Source of the DNA: Candidatus Aminicenantes bacterium
Lineage (GTDB): Bacteria > Acidobacteriota > Aminicenantia > Aminicenantales > JAFGBC01
Length of the DNA stretch: 64,000 nt
Assembly: GCA_963702005.1 (NCBI GenBank)
Contig: OY969696.1
Location: 4,000,001 to 4,064,000, forward strand
Direction of reading: 5' to 3'
The notes beneath the pieces were generated by a model. That model saw only the letters and a program-made list of their open reading frames with translations, searched no databases and had not been told where the DNA came from. The position numbers and the translations under genes are program-made. Positions 1 through 10,530 of this stretch are shown piece by piece. The first letter of the stretch is position 1, and each line of letters opens with the position of its first letter.

Positions 1-1
1 A

Positions 2-241
2 CGCGCGGCCGCCGAATACCGAAAACTCATGACCATCGACCCGTCGAACCAGGTTCGTTATCTCATCCATCCCCTCTACCATTATCGGCTCGGTCGGGTC
101 CTGGAGGAGAAGGGAGACAAGGCCGGCGCGGCGGGCGAGTACCGGAAATTCCTCGAATACTGGAAGGACGCCGACAAGAGCCATCCGGAATTGGCCGACG
201 CGCAAAAGCGCCTGGCCGCCATCGGCCGGAATTCCGGATAA
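2..241 (+). CDS. C-terminal end of a TPR-repeat protein (partial, runs off window start)
   Basis: Open frame from base 2. TPR-like helix pair YHYRLGRVLEEKGDKAGAAGEYRKFLEYWKDAD, a tail I associate with kinase-TPR proteins. Confidence 0.75.
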   Translation, partial: RAAAEYRKLMTIDPSNQVRYLIHPLYHYRLGRVLEEKGDKAGAAGEYRKFLEYWKDADKSHPELADAQKRLAAIGRNSG

Positions 242-363
242 GCAAGAGCCTGGGGTGGCCCGGCTCCCGGAGCTACTCAGGCGGCAAGAGGAATTGGATC
301 GGCCCAGGATATGACCTCGAGACATGAGTTAGTAAATATAATCTCGCGGAAAGGAAGGGTATC

Positions 364-2526
364 ATGAGAAAGCGTGCGATCACCATACTTTCATTTTGCT
401 CGGCCTACATCCTGATTTCGTTAACGGCCGGCGCTGATACGGCGCGGCCGACCGCCGGCGGGATTCCCGGTTCCGCCCTGGTCGCATCCAATTCCGTCCT
501 GGAAGCGGCCACGGCCTTCGGCAACGCGCCCCTCTATTTCATCCCCAATCAGGGACAGAAAAACGGCCGAGCCCTGTATTATGCCAAAGCCCGAGCCTAT
601 ACCCTTTGGCTGACCAAGCAAGGGCTCGTCTTTGATTCTTTGCAGCGAATCCCCGGGAAGGCGCAGAGTGATTATTGCCGCGACGTCTCGAGACTCATCT
701 TCAAGGGGGCCTCTCCAAGCGCGGACCTCGAAGCCGAAGGTTCGACAGGCTACACGGTCAGCTATTTCTATGGCAGAGACGCGGACGACTGGAAGACGGG
801 ACTGGCGGCATCGAAGGGAGTCATCTACAGAGGCGTCTATTCCGGAATCGACATTAAAATCTACGGCTTTGAGCGTGAGGTTGAGTACGACTGGATCGTG
901 GGACCGGGACGCGATCCCGGGAAGATCCGCATGGAATTCCAGGGCGTCCGCGCGACGCGGATCGATTCCGAGGGATCCCTGATCGTTGCAACGGCCTTTG
1001 GGGAGATTAAACACCGCAGGCCTTCAGCCTATCAAACCATCGGCGGACGGAAGGTCCCGGTCGAAGCCCATTTTCTTGAGACGGCCGATCGGGAATACGG
1101 ATTCCTGGTTGCCGATTACGACAAGACCCATGCCCTCGTCATCGATCCCTACGTCCTGACCTATTCGACTTACCTGGGCGGCTCCCAATATGATCGGATC
1201 ACCAAGATCGCGGTGGATTCGTCCAAAGCCATCTACGTCTCCGGCCAAACGGAGAGCAGCGATTTTCCGATCGCCGCCGGTCTCACGCGGGAAGTCGTTG
1301 TTCGGAAGGACGCCTTCGTCACCAAACTCTCGCCGGACGGACGGTCCTTGGTCTATTCGGCTTTCTTTCCCGCCAATTTTTGCGGCTTCATACGGCTCGC
1401 GGTCGACTCCGCCGGTTCCGCCTATCTGGCCGGGTCAACGGATTCCCGGTCTTTCCCGGTCAAAAACGCCTTTCAAGAAAAGACGGGCGGCTACATCGAC
1501 GGCTTCATCGTCAAACTCAAACCGAGCGGCCGGGGGATAGTCTATTCCAGCTATATCGGAGGGGGGAATAACGATTACGCCAATTGCATTGCCGTGGACG
1601 CGAAGGGATACGCCTATGTCGGAGGCCAAACCGGGAGTTACGACCTTCCGATCAAGAAAGCCTTTCAAAAGACGTATGAAGGCTATGACGACGGCTTCCT
1701 CCTCAAGGTCGCCCCGGAGGGCCGAAGCCTCGTATTCGCCACCTACTTCGGAGGATCGTTAAGCGACATTCCGACCGGCATCGGCCTGGGCCCGGACGGC
1801 GCCATTACGATCGGGGGAAACAGCTACAGCAGGGATCTCCCGTTGAAAAATCCTTATCAGAAGACTCTGAAAGGCAGTGCGGACTTCTTTCTCACCCAGT
1901 TTGCCCCGGATGGCCAAAGCCTGATATTCTCGACGTACCTGGGAGGTGGGAGCTGGGATCAATTGTCTTCGCTGGCCGTCGATAAAACCGGGCAGATCGT
2001 TGCCGTCGGTTTCACGAACGGCAATTTCCCCCAAAAAAAGCCCATCCAGCCGGCCCGCAAGGGCGCGAGGGAGGGAGTCGTGGCCATGCTCTCTGCGGAC
2101 GGCCGGAAGCTCCTCTTCTCAACTTACTTGGGCGGAGTCGGAAACGACGAATGCAGCGATGTCGCCGTGGACGGCTCCGGATCCATTTACGTCGCCGGAA
2201 CGACCTACAGCCGCGATTTCCCCAGGAAAATCCCCTACCAAAAAAGCCTGAAGGGACAAATCGACGCGTTCTTGACCGTCCTTTCTCCCTCCGAGCCAAG
2301 CCTAATTTTCTCAACCTTCCTGGGCGGAATCTACCATGATTGGGGACTTGCGGTCGGGCTGGATTCCGAAGGCCGTATCTATCTTGCCGGGGACACGAAT
2401 AGCCTCGATCTCCCCGTCGAGGGCCCCTATCAGAAGGGGTTCGGGGGCGGCACCGATGACGGATTCATCTCGGTATTCAGGGCGGAGACTGGATCTATGC
2501 TTCGAAAAGCTGCTTCGGGCCGATGA
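364..2526 (+). CDS. Secreted SBBP-repeat beta-propeller protein
   Basis: Signal peptide, FIPNQGQ N-terminal domain, then repeated YSTYLGG...IAVD..G..YV.G.T.S.DFP units. Confidence 0.9.
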   Translation: MRKRAITILSFCSAYILISLTAGADTARPTAGGIPGSALVASNSVLEAATAFGNAPLYFIPNQGQKNGRALYYAKARAYTLWLTKQGLVFDSLQRIPGKAQSDYCRDVSRLIFKGASPSADLEAEGSTGYTVSYFYGRDADDWKTGLAASKGVIYRGVYSGIDIKIYGFEREVEYDWIVGPGRDPGKIRMEFQGVRATRIDSEGSLIVATAFGEIKHRRPSAYQTIGGRKVPVEAHFLETADREYGFLVADYDKTHALVIDPYVLTYSTYLGGSQYDRITKIAVDSSKAIYVSGQTESSDFPIAAGLTREVVVRKDAFVTKLSPDGRSLVYSAFFPANFCGFIRLAVDSAGSAYLAGSTDSRSFPVKNAFQEKTGGYIDGFIVKLKPSGRGIVYSSYIGGGNNDYANCIAVDAKGYAYVGGQTGSYDLPIKKAFQKTYEGYDDGFLLKVAPEGRSLVFATYFGGSLSDIPTGIGLGPDGAITIGGNSYSRDLPLKNPYQKTLKGSADFFLTQFAPDGQSLIFSTYLGGGSWDQLSSLAVDKTGQIVAVGFTNGNFPQKKPIQPARKGAREGVVAMLSADGRKLLFSTYLGGVGNDECSDVAVDGSGSIYVAGTTYSRDFPRKIPYQKSLKGQIDAFLTVLSPSEPSLIFSTFLGGIYHDWGLAVGLDSEGRIYLAGDTNSLDLPVEGPYQKGFGGGTDDGFISVFRAETGSMLRKAASGR

Positions 2527-2566
2527 ATAAGGGGGCCCGGCCGGCTCGCCGCCGTCCAGACGGCTG

Positions 2567-4785
2567 TCAGGTGTTGAACAGAAAGCTGACCTTGAGCATG
2601 ATGATCCGGTCCTGGAGGTAGCCCGCTCCGCCCAGCTTCCGGGTCTCGTTGTAGATGAAGTAGAGGTTGGCGCCGGGCCTGTAGATCCAGCGGACTTGGA
2701 AGTTGCTTTTAAACAGCCGCTCGGCGTCGTTCCATTGGAGGTAGGCCTTGGCGTAGAGGTCCGGCGTGAACGAATAGATGAACCGCGTCCCCGCGATCGT
2801 CGTCGTGAACTTGCCGCCCGGAACGGGGAGGTCGAACCGGTTCCGGTTGAGAGTCAGCTCGAGGTGGAGGTTGCTCGAAAGCCTGAGGCCGGCCTGGGCG
2901 TCGAGGCCCAGGAAATGGCCGTTGTAGAACCCGCCGGCGTCGAGCTCGGACCGGAGGTAGGCGCTCTTGGTCCGGTCCGACTCGAAGAAGGCCGCGAAGA
3001 CGTCGTAGCGATAACGGCCGACCGGGATGGAGACGCCGTCCTTGATCTCGAAACTCTCCTCCAGGACCTCCAGGTTGCTGATAACGCCGGCGAACACGGT
3101 CGTCCCGTTCTGGAACAGGTTGAATAAGCCCGCCATATTGTTCCGCGACTCGACCCGGCCGGCGTGGTCCTCGATATAGGTCAGGTTGTTGAATAAATAC
3201 ATCTGGCGGAGGCCCAGGACGCCGGGCCGCGGGCTGACGCCCGCGTTCCAGCGCCACTTCCGGATGTCGGTGCGGGGGACGAAGCCCATCTCGGCGTTGA
3301 AGTTCCCGCCGATATCCGTGTAGGAGAGGTCGGACTGGACGAAGTCCGTCTCGTAGACGAAGTTGAGGTAGCCCGCCCAGTCCCGCCCCCGCTGGCCCGG
3401 CGAGTAGGTCTTGGCCAGGAAGCCGCCGGCCCGTACGCTCTCCCCGAAAGCCAGGTTGAAATCCAGCCCGCCCGCCCGGTTGAAGTCCGCTCCCCCGCTC
3501 CCGACGCCGTCCTTGCTGAGAGCCATGATCCCGACCGAGGATTTGGCGAAGATGTCCCGCTTGAGCCGGACGACGGCGTTGTTGGCCCGGCGGATGTCGA
3601 CCCGTTCCCCGTCCTCTTCATAGGACGTCCGATCGGTCAGCATGTCGAGGACGCCGAGCGTATAGGGCCCGGCCTTGCCGGTGACCTTGAGGCCGCCAAG
3701 GACTGGAATCTCCCGTCCGTCCTCGGACAATCCGATCGTCCGGCTGAAGAAGAGGAGCGTGGAGGGCGGCTCATGCTCCTGGAACCGCTCCCCGAACTTG
3801 AAGATGTCCGCGCCCTCTAAAAAGAACTCCCTCTTCTCGGGGAAAAAGAGGTCGAAGCGGGTCAGGTTGAACCGCTCCTGGTCCGCCTCGACCTGGGCGA
3901 AATCCGTGTTGACGGTCAGGTCGCCCGTCATGTTCGAAGTCAGGCGGAGCTTGAGGTCCATCCCCAGGTCGGCGATACCCCGGAACGGCTCCGGCCGGTC
4001 TTCTTTTTCCCCCCGCCGATGAGATAGGGCATGACTTGAACCCTCTCCCCCTGGCGGAGGCGGCGCAGCCCGGCCAGGTGCCCGAAGTACGACATCTTGA
4101 ACCGGCCGTACCAGCCGTAAGAACGCAGGATGGGCGTCCAGTAGCTTTCCTCGCGCTTGCGGGCGATGGAGCGGACGAAATTAATCCCCCAGTTCTGTTC
4201 GTCGGAGTCACGGAAGCGGAGGGTCGTGAAGGGAATGGCGATCTCGGCCGACCAGCCGGCGCCGTCCCGGCGGGTCCGGGCGGTCCAGATTCCATCCCAG
4301 TCGACGTTGAAACTGCCGCCTTCATCCCGGATCAGGGCGTCCTGCCGGGCGCCCAACGGATTGACCGCGAAGTAAAACGCGTTCCGATGGTCATGGAAGG
4401 TGTCGATGATGACCTCGAACGAGTCGTCGTCCTTGAGCTCGGCGTCCCGCCGCATCTCCCTGGCCACGATCCGGGACGGATCGCCGTCGAAGCAGACGAC
4501 GCCGATATAGAGGTTCGCGTCGTCGTAAAGGATGCGGACCTCGGTCCGCTCGCTGGCCGGGTCCCCTTCCCGTGGCTCCTTCTGGACGAAGCCGCCCACC
4601 ACGGGCGCGCCGCGCCAGGCCGGTTCCTGAAGGAGGCCGTCAACCCGGACGGGCCAGGTCGTCTTTTGGGCCTGGATGACGTAGCTCGAGGTGTCGATTG
4701 CCCCGGCAAGGTTCGAGACTAAGGCCAGGACGATGGCTGCGGCAATAAGGGCGGTATACCGGGCCTGGGATGTCTGCGCGGGCAT
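2567..4785 (-). pseudogene. CBM9-like plus DUF5916 outer-membrane protein, split by a frameshift at about 4004-4014 (ORFs 3940..4785 and 2567..3961)
   Basis: N-part has a signal peptide and CBM9-like motifs (VDGLLQEPAW, IDTFHD, WSAEIAIPF). C-part has the DUF5916 motif TVNTDFAQVEAD..NLTRF.LFFPEKREFFLEG. The frames join at a G6A5 run. Could be a sequencing error. Confidence 0.8.
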
Positions 4786-4938
4786 GGATGTCTCCAGCTC
4801 ATTCTTTTCAGAAGGCGGATTTTAAACTATTCGGCCGAAAAAGGGAAATGGGAATGCCGGCTACGGGGGGTAGGGATGGTCATGGACCTGCTTCCGGACC
4901 CGGGCGCGGCCTTATTCTTCCACGAACGGCGCCGCGGT

Positions 4939-6453
4939 CTACTGAATTTGGACGGCCGCGTAAAACGTATTCGTGCCTCGCCGGACGAGCAGGGCCGCCG
5001 TGTCGCCGCTTCTCAGCCTGGCAAAAAGGGCATCGAAATCCTTCACGGTCCGGACGGCCGCTTTATTGATCTCCTTGATTAAATCCCCTTGTTTGAGGCC
5101 CGCATCCTCGGCCGGGCTTCCGGAGGCGACGTCCGAAACGATGACGCCGGTTTCGTTCTGATAGCCGAGTTGATCCGCCAATTCGGACGTCAAATTCTGG
5201 ACGGTCATCCCGATCTTCTGGCTGCTCTGTTTCTCGGGCGGAATCTCCTCGGGCTTGGCGGCTTTCTCCGGCTTGGGACGTTCACCCAAGATGACGTCCA
5301 GCGTTTTTGTCGCGTTGTTCCGAAGGAGAACCACCTTAACCTTGGTTCCCGGCGCGATCTGCGCCGCCAGGTTGCGGAGATGCGTGCTGTTTTCGATTTT
5401 CTGGCCGTTGAACTCGACGAGGACGTCGCCCCGTTTGATACCCGCCTTGTCCGCGGGCCCGCCGGGCGTGACGTCGCCGACCAGGGCGCCCTCCGTCCCC
5501 TTGATGCCCATGGCTTTGGCCAGGTTGTCGTCAAGATCCTGCGGCAGCAATCCCAGGTATCCTCGAACGACTTTTCCTTTTCCGATCAGCTGCTCCATGA
5601 CCTGCCTGGCCATGTTGATGGGGATGGCGAAACCGATCCCGACGTTGGCTCCGGTCGGACTGCTGATGGCCGTGTTGATGCCGATCACCTTTCCGTCGAG
5701 GTCGGCCAGGGCTCCGCCGCTGTTGCCCGGATTGATGGAGGCGTCGGTTTGGATGAAGTCCTCGTAATCGGCCAGGCCGACCGAGGAGCGTCCTTTCGCG
5801 CTGATGATGCCGGCCGTGGCCGTGTGCATCAACTGGAAGGGATTACCGACCGCGATGACCCATTGCCCGACCTTGACCTCGTCCGAATTTCCCAGATCCG
5901 CTGCGGCGAGGTTGTCCGCGGATATTTTAATGACGGCAACGTCGGTTTGGGGGTCGGCGCCGACGATTTTAGCCGTGACCTTATTCTTGTCGCCCAGGAC
6001 GATGGTCAGCTTTTCCGCGCCCTGGACCACGTGGTTGTTGGTCAGAATGTATCCGTCCTTGCTCACGATGACGCCCGATCCCAGGCTGTGCACCGTCTGT
6101 TTCTGCTCTCCCTGACCGGGAGGGGTGCCGAAGAACCGTTTGAAGAAATCGTCGCCGAAGAAATCCCGGAAGGGACTCTCGGGCGAGGTGAACGGGTTTT
6201 GGACCACGACCGTTTCCTCGGCGAACACGGGGACCACGGATGGGCTGACCTTGCCCACGGCCTGTTCGAACACGGCGCTGACGTTGTCGAGCAGGGCCCG
6301 GGTCTGGACGGAACCGACGGCTTGCGGGCTTGCCCCAGACTGGGGTTGGGCTTGTTGCTTTTTTTGGCAGCCCGAAACCACAAACAGCATCAAGGCTCCA
6401 AGACCCAGCGCAAAAAACCGGACACGTCGGGATTCAGGTTTGTTAGCGAGCAT
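4939..6453 (-). CDS. degP: Do/DegP (HtrA) serine endoprotease, probable lipoprotein
   Basis: TNNHVV, DVAV and GNSGG catalytic motifs, two PDZ domains, lipobox VSGC. Confidence 0.95.
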   Translation of the reverse strand: MLANKPESRRVRFFALGLGALMLFVVSGCQKKQQAQPQSGASPQAVGSVQTRALLDNVSAVFEQAVGKVSPSVVPVFAEETVVVQNPFTSPESPFRDFFGDDFFKRFFGTPPGQGEQKQTVHSLGSGVIVSKDGYILTNNHVVQGAEKLTIVLGDKNKVTAKIVGADPQTDVAVIKISADNLAAADLGNSDEVKVGQWVIAVGNPFQLMHTATAGIISAKGRSSVGLADYEDFIQTDASINPGNSGGALADLDGKVIGINTAISSPTGANVGIGFAIPINMARQVMEQLIGKGKVVRGYLGLLPQDLDDNLAKAMGIKGTEGALVGDVTPGGPADKAGIKRGDVLVEFNGQKIENSTHLRNLAAQIAPGTKVKVVLLRNNATKTLDVILGERPKPEKAAKPEEIPPEKQSSQKIGMTVQNLTSELADQLGYQNETGVIVSDVASGSPAEDAGLKQGDLIKEINKAAVRTVKDFDALFARLRSGDTAALLVRRGTNTFYAAVQIQ

Positions 6454-6535
6454 CGAACCCTCCTGCGGATTTCATCATTTCAAAAAGATGGTAACGATTT
6501 TGAATAATAAAATCAAGATGAGCTAAAATGACTTC

Positions 6536-6880
6536 ATGATGTACGAACATAAGACGGATCAGCTTCTGCCGTTCCGGCAATTTGTCCGGCGCCTCTTGGC
6601 TCATATCTCCATCGCGCTGCTCATCATCGCCGGATCGCTCGGCCTCGGCGTCCTGGGCTATCGCCATTTCGAGCACTTCTCCTGGCTCGACTCTCTCCTC
6701 AACGCGTCGATGATCCTGGGGGGGATGGGGCCGGTTGGCATACTCCGGACGGACGGCGGAAAAATCTTCGCCTCGTTCTACGCCCTGTTCTCGGGAGTCA
6801 TCTTCCTGGTCGTCGTCGGGATCATGGTGGCCCCCGTCGGCCACCGCCTGCTCCATCGTCTCCACCTGGAGAGCCGATAG
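6536..6880 (+). CDS. Small membrane protein resembling two-TM ion-channel-like family
   Basis: Two hydrophobic helices flanking WLDSLLNASMILGGMGP. TAAAAT lies 6 nt before the ATG. Confidence 0.8.
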   Translation: MMYEHKTDQLLPFRQFVRRLLAHISIALLIIAGSLGLGVLGYRHFEHFSWLDSLLNASMILGGMGPVGILRTDGGKIFASFYALFSGVIFLVVVGIMVAPVGHRLLHRLHLESR

Positions 6881-6895
6881 CCGGCTGTTCGACCC

Positions 6896-8008
6896 TTAGA
6901 TCTTGATGAGGATTTTTCGCCGGTAGAGCCAGTAGCAGATCGACCAGAGCAGGGCCCAGGCCGCGACACTGGTGGCGATCTCCGCCGCGAGCTCTCCCGC
7001 CCAGCCGAAAGACACGGCCGTGAACGGCCGGACGATATGGGCGAGCCAGGCCGTCGCCCCGGTCTGGGTGAAAATGTAAATGAACAGGGAATTCATGCCG
7101 ACGATGTTGAAAAATTTCGTCCAGTTGCGCATGCCCTTGACATCGATAAACCAGTAGGAAAACGCAAGCATCAGAAGGCAGAATCCGCCGCTGGCGACGA
7201 CGAACGAGCTCGTGCAGATGCGCTTGATCATGGGCGAGAGGGGCGTGAGCGCGAACCCGGCGGCCACGCCCGCCAACCCCGTCACGGCAAGGATGCCGAT
7301 CTTTTTCTTGGCCGGCCGTCCGCTCATCAGCAGTTGACCTGCCAGGACGCCCCAGATCGTATGGGCCGCCGTCGGGATCGCGTTGAACGACACCCAGTGT
7401 CCGGCCGAGAGTTCTCCCGAAATCACCATGTCCAGCCATGACCCGAAGTTGTGGTCGGGCGTGAACGGCAGGTTGAAGCCCGGCAGCCAAAAGACGCGGT
7501 AGAGGACTTCACAGAGGAGGATCAGCCCGAAGCTCAGGGCGATCTGCTCGCGCGCCGGCCGCCTCATCATGAAGTAGGCGATGATCGTCGTCACCGAGAG
7601 CTGGGCCAGGACGTTCTGGAAACGGAAGGTGATCCGCCCGGGCTCAATGCAGTAGAGCGCCCAGCCGATGAGGAGGAGGAGCAGGGCCCGCACCACGGCG
7701 TGGCGCGTGACGCGGGCCCGGCTGTCGCCGCGCTTCTCCCGTTTGGCAACCGAAAAGGCCATGGCGGCGCCGACGATGAACATGAAAAAAGGCTGGACCA
7801 GGTCCCAGAAACGCAGCCCGGCCCAGGGATGGTGGTCGAGCTGCATTCCGATCGCGTGGAGGAGCGTGCCCTGGAGAGAGGGGTTGCGCAGGTGCTCATA
7901 GAGGAGCGTGCTTTCCCCGATCAGGAGGAACATCGTCAGCCCGCGGAAAAAATCCAGGGAAAGGAGCCGCTCTTTGATGGTTGCTGTCTCTGCCGATTGG
8001 ACGGGCAT
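6896..8008 (-). CDS. DUF5009 / heparan-alpha-glucosaminide N-acetyltransferase-like (NagX-type) membrane protein
   Basis: RLLSLDFFRG, H..W.G..FWDLVQPFFMFIVG, IKRICTSSF and GMNSLFIY motifs, multiple TM segments. Confidence 0.9.
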   Translation of the reverse strand: MPVQSAETATIKERLLSLDFFRGLTMFLLIGESTLLYEHLRNPSLQGTLLHAIGMQLDHHPWAGLRFWDLVQPFFMFIVGAAMAFSVAKREKRGDSRARVTRHAVVRALLLLLIGWALYCIEPGRITFRFQNVLAQLSVTTIIAYFMMRRPAREQIALSFGLILLCEVLYRVFWLPGFNLPFTPDHNFGSWLDMVISGELSAGHWVSFNAIPTAAHTIWGVLAGQLLMSGRPAKKKIGILAVTGLAGVAAGFALTPLSPMIKRICTSSFVVASGGFCLLMLAFSYWFIDVKGMRNWTKFFNIVGMNSLFIYIFTQTGATAWLAHIVRPFTAVSFGWAGELAAEIATSVAAWALLWSICYWLYRRKILIKI

Positions 8009-8126
8009 GGCGTAACCCTCGCCAAACTCCGGAGAATAGTATATCCGGAAGGGACCGATGTCAAGAACGCGGCGGCCGCGGCCGGTTCTGATCGCCTAAC
8101 TTAGCGGTCGACCTTTATTCGCAACG

Positions 8127-8160
8127 AAGGGCGGATGCCCGGTTTGGGCATGCCGCCCTT
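8127..8160. terminator. Intrinsic terminator-like hairpin
   Basis: AAGGGCGGATGCCC-GGTTT-GGGCATGCCGCCCTT directly after the stop of the 8163 gene, with a T-run on the + side. Confidence 0.6.
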
Positions 8161-8162
8161 TT

Positions 8163-9023
8163 TTATTTTGCGGGGAGTTTTTTCGCCCCGCGTTCCTTGA
8201 CGCCGCTCGGGGCGGGAGCGGGGATTTGCATATACCGTGGCCGGGCCAGGTAGAGCCGGCCCTCACCCTTCTCTCCTGTCGCCGGGTCGGTGAGCGTGAC
8301 ATCGATCGTGATCCAATCACCCGCGGCCGGTGCTTTGGGTAGGGGCGTCTGGATGAGATAGCCATAGAGAGCCTGGGTCGGGCTACTGGCCTCCTTGACC
8401 TTATTAACGCGAAGGACCTCCACGCTTTCCCCGTTCACTTTCACCGCGATATCCTTGGCCTGGAGATCGGGCGCGATGTCGATGAACGAAAGGCCGCCCA
8501 CCTTGTCCATCCCCCCGGCCTTGGTCACGGCAGCCACGGTCATGGTCAGGCTCATCGGCCGAAAATAGATCTGATAGGACGCATAGCCTCCCTGCGGCCG
8601 CCAGGCGTTCAGCGCATAGACTTCGAGCCTGTCGAAACGCGGGTCGATCTCGAGCTCGCCGAAGGCGGGCACGTTCCAGGCCCAGTATTCGAGATGCTTG
8701 ACGCGGTAGTCCTTGACGGCCGCGAGCGCGATGTACATCCCGGACTCGACGGTTAGGGAATAGCTCCCATCCGCGGCGCTTCGGGTCTCGGCCGCGTTTT
8801 CGAAGCGGGACGTCTTGAGCTCGATGTCGGCGCCCTCGACGGGTTTTCCGTCGAAATCACTGACGTGGCCGAAAATCCTGGCCCGGGCCGTGGAAGCAGG
8901 CTTTGGCCGAGCTTCGGAAACCTGTCGCCCATCCGACGCCGTGGGGACAACCGGCGACACGCCGAGGACCACGGCGATGACGGCCAAGCGCTTCATCCAC
9001 GCCATATTGGAAATGGTTTTCAT
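8163..9023 (-). CDS. Secreted protein with carboxypeptidase-regulatory-like (Ig-fold) domain
   Basis: GGAGGA RBS before ATG 9023, signal peptide, IFGHVSDFDGKPVEGADIEL...DGSYSL motif. Confidence 0.8.
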   Translation of the reverse strand: MKTISNMAWMKRLAVIAVVLGVSPVVPTASDGRQVSEARPKPASTARARIFGHVSDFDGKPVEGADIELKTSRFENAAETRSAADGSYSLTVESGMYIALAAVKDYRVKHLEYWAWNVPAFGELEIDPRFDRLEVYALNAWRPQGGYASYQIYFRPMSLTMTVAAVTKAGGMDKVGGLSFIDIAPDLQAKDIAVKVNGESVEVLRVNKVKEASSPTQALYGYLIQTPLPKAPAAGDWITIDVTLTDPATGEKGEGRLYLARPRYMQIPAPAPSGVKERGAKKLPAK

Positions 9024-9246
9024 TTTTCCTCCTCGTCGGTACTGGACCGGCAGTTCCATCTCCATAGTAACACACCTGCGGACCACGATATGTGCCTGAC
9101 TCCGTCGATAGCATCATTTCGTGATGGGTTTCATTGACTCGTTCCCTTATTTGCGAAATATGGTAAAGTACCTCATGTTTGAAGCCGGCAAACGGCTCCC
9201 GAAGAGGCGGACATCACACGGACCTACCCACGGCTCTTGGAGAGAA

Positions 9247-9300
9247 TCATGAAAAATATTCGACCGAGGTCTCTGCGGCTGGCAAGTATTCTTGGAAAGC
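9247..9300 (-). mobile_element. Relic of IS91-like transposase C-terminus
   Basis: Translates as AFQEYLPAAETSVEYFS*, similar to the relic at 12754-12876 (AYQEFFMAAEVGGDYF). Confidence 0.5.
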
Positions 9301-9529
9301 GGCCAGACCCGCCTTCTTGACTTTCCCCCTGTGGGCGTTGGTGTCGTTTTCTATTTCTCTGATGGTTTCAACTTCAACACAAGGTGAACTTTGTCTCCGG
9401 TCACAAAGAAGCGGTAACCGGGATTAATCCGGGTTTATAATGAAGAAAATTTTGAACGACGGTCGAAAAATATCGGAAAATTCTTTAAAATAACAGAATT
9501 GGATCATGAAGAAATTGGAGGTATAACTC

Positions 9530-10468
9530 ATGACGGAGGGTGGTTTAAAAATGAGTTCTGAGCATCAAATTCATGAAAAAAACGGAAAACGCTTCCTGAT
9601 CGCGTGCGCCTGGGCGCTGATGCTGCTGGTTTCCGATCTTCCCGACATCTTCTGCACCCAGTTTTTCAAACATGTCCCCAAGTGGCTTTTCTGGGGCAAG
9701 GTGGGGCTGCTGCTCCTGTTCCTGGGACTCAGCCTGCTCTACAAAGCCCTGCGCCCGCTCCGGCCATACGCTGCTTTCCTGGCCGTATTTTTCCTGGCCC
9801 TGGCGGCCTCGGCCTGGATCGGGAATCTGCCCGGATGGCAGCGTCGCTTCAGCGGACCGGGGGTTTCATTCAGCGCAGGCTACGTCGGCTTTCATCTGCG
9901 GGATCTGGCGGTGGCGGGGGCGGTCATCGCCGTACTCTGGCTCATGAAACGGAAGCGGAGAAATTTCTTCCTGGTCAAGGGCCAAATGGACGCGCCCATC
10001 AAGCCGGTGCGCTGGCTGGGCATCGGCGCGGGCAAATCGTGGCGGACCTTCGGCTGGATCTTCTTGATCGTCGCCAGTCTGGGAGTGGCGGTTCCCACCC
10101 TGCTGGGATTGAAGCTCTCGGGGCCGATCCTGTCGCGGGCGGTTTCGCTACTGCCGGCGGTGCTGCTGTTCGCCGCGGTCAACGCCTTCGCCGAGGAGGT
10201 CTATTTCCGGGCATCTTTTTTATCCACCCTGAACGAGGTCATCGGCCGAGGCCACACCCTGATGATCAGTTCGGTCTACTTCGGGCTGGCTCATTACCTC
10301 TACGGCTCGCCGCCCGGAGTGGTCGGGTTCCTGATGACCGCCTTCTTGGCCTGGCTGCTGGGAAAAGCCATGCTCGAAACCGGGGGTATCGGCTGGCCCT
10401 GGCTGATCCATTTCGTGCCCGACGTGGTCGTATTCGCCTCCTACGCCATCCTCTGGGTTCAGAGATAA
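9530..10468 (+). CDS. CPBP (Abi/CAAX) family intramembrane metalloprotease
   Basis: EEVYFR, FGLAH and final H motifs, multi-TM, GGAGG RBS. Confidence 0.9.
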   Translation: MTEGGLKMSSEHQIHEKNGKRFLIACAWALMLLVSDLPDIFCTQFFKHVPKWLFWGKVGLLLLFLGLSLLYKALRPLRPYAAFLAVFFLALAASAWIGNLPGWQRRFSGPGVSFSAGYVGFHLRDLAVAGAVIAVLWLMKRKRRNFFLVKGQMDAPIKPVRWLGIGAGKSWRTFGWIFLIVASLGVAVPTLLGLKLSGPILSRAVSLLPAVLLFAAVNAFAEEVYFRASFLSTLNEVIGRGHTLMISSVYFGLAHYLYGSPPGVVGFLMTAFLAWLLGKAMLETGGIGWPWLIHFVPDVVVFASYAILWVQR

Positions 10469-10530
10469 CGTTTCCCTCAAATAGCGCAAGCGGCGCGCGG
10501 GGAAAAACCGATCCATGATAAAATAAAATT

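Noticed and set aside
1150-2480. Repeated sequence units inside the SBBP gene as a DNA repeat system
   Set aside because: They are diverged protein-level propeller blades.
9180-9290. c-di-GMP-I riboswitch suggested by GGCAAAC...CGAA
   Set aside because: No GCAAAG junction or proper second stem. The opposite strand is better explained as a transposase-tail relic.
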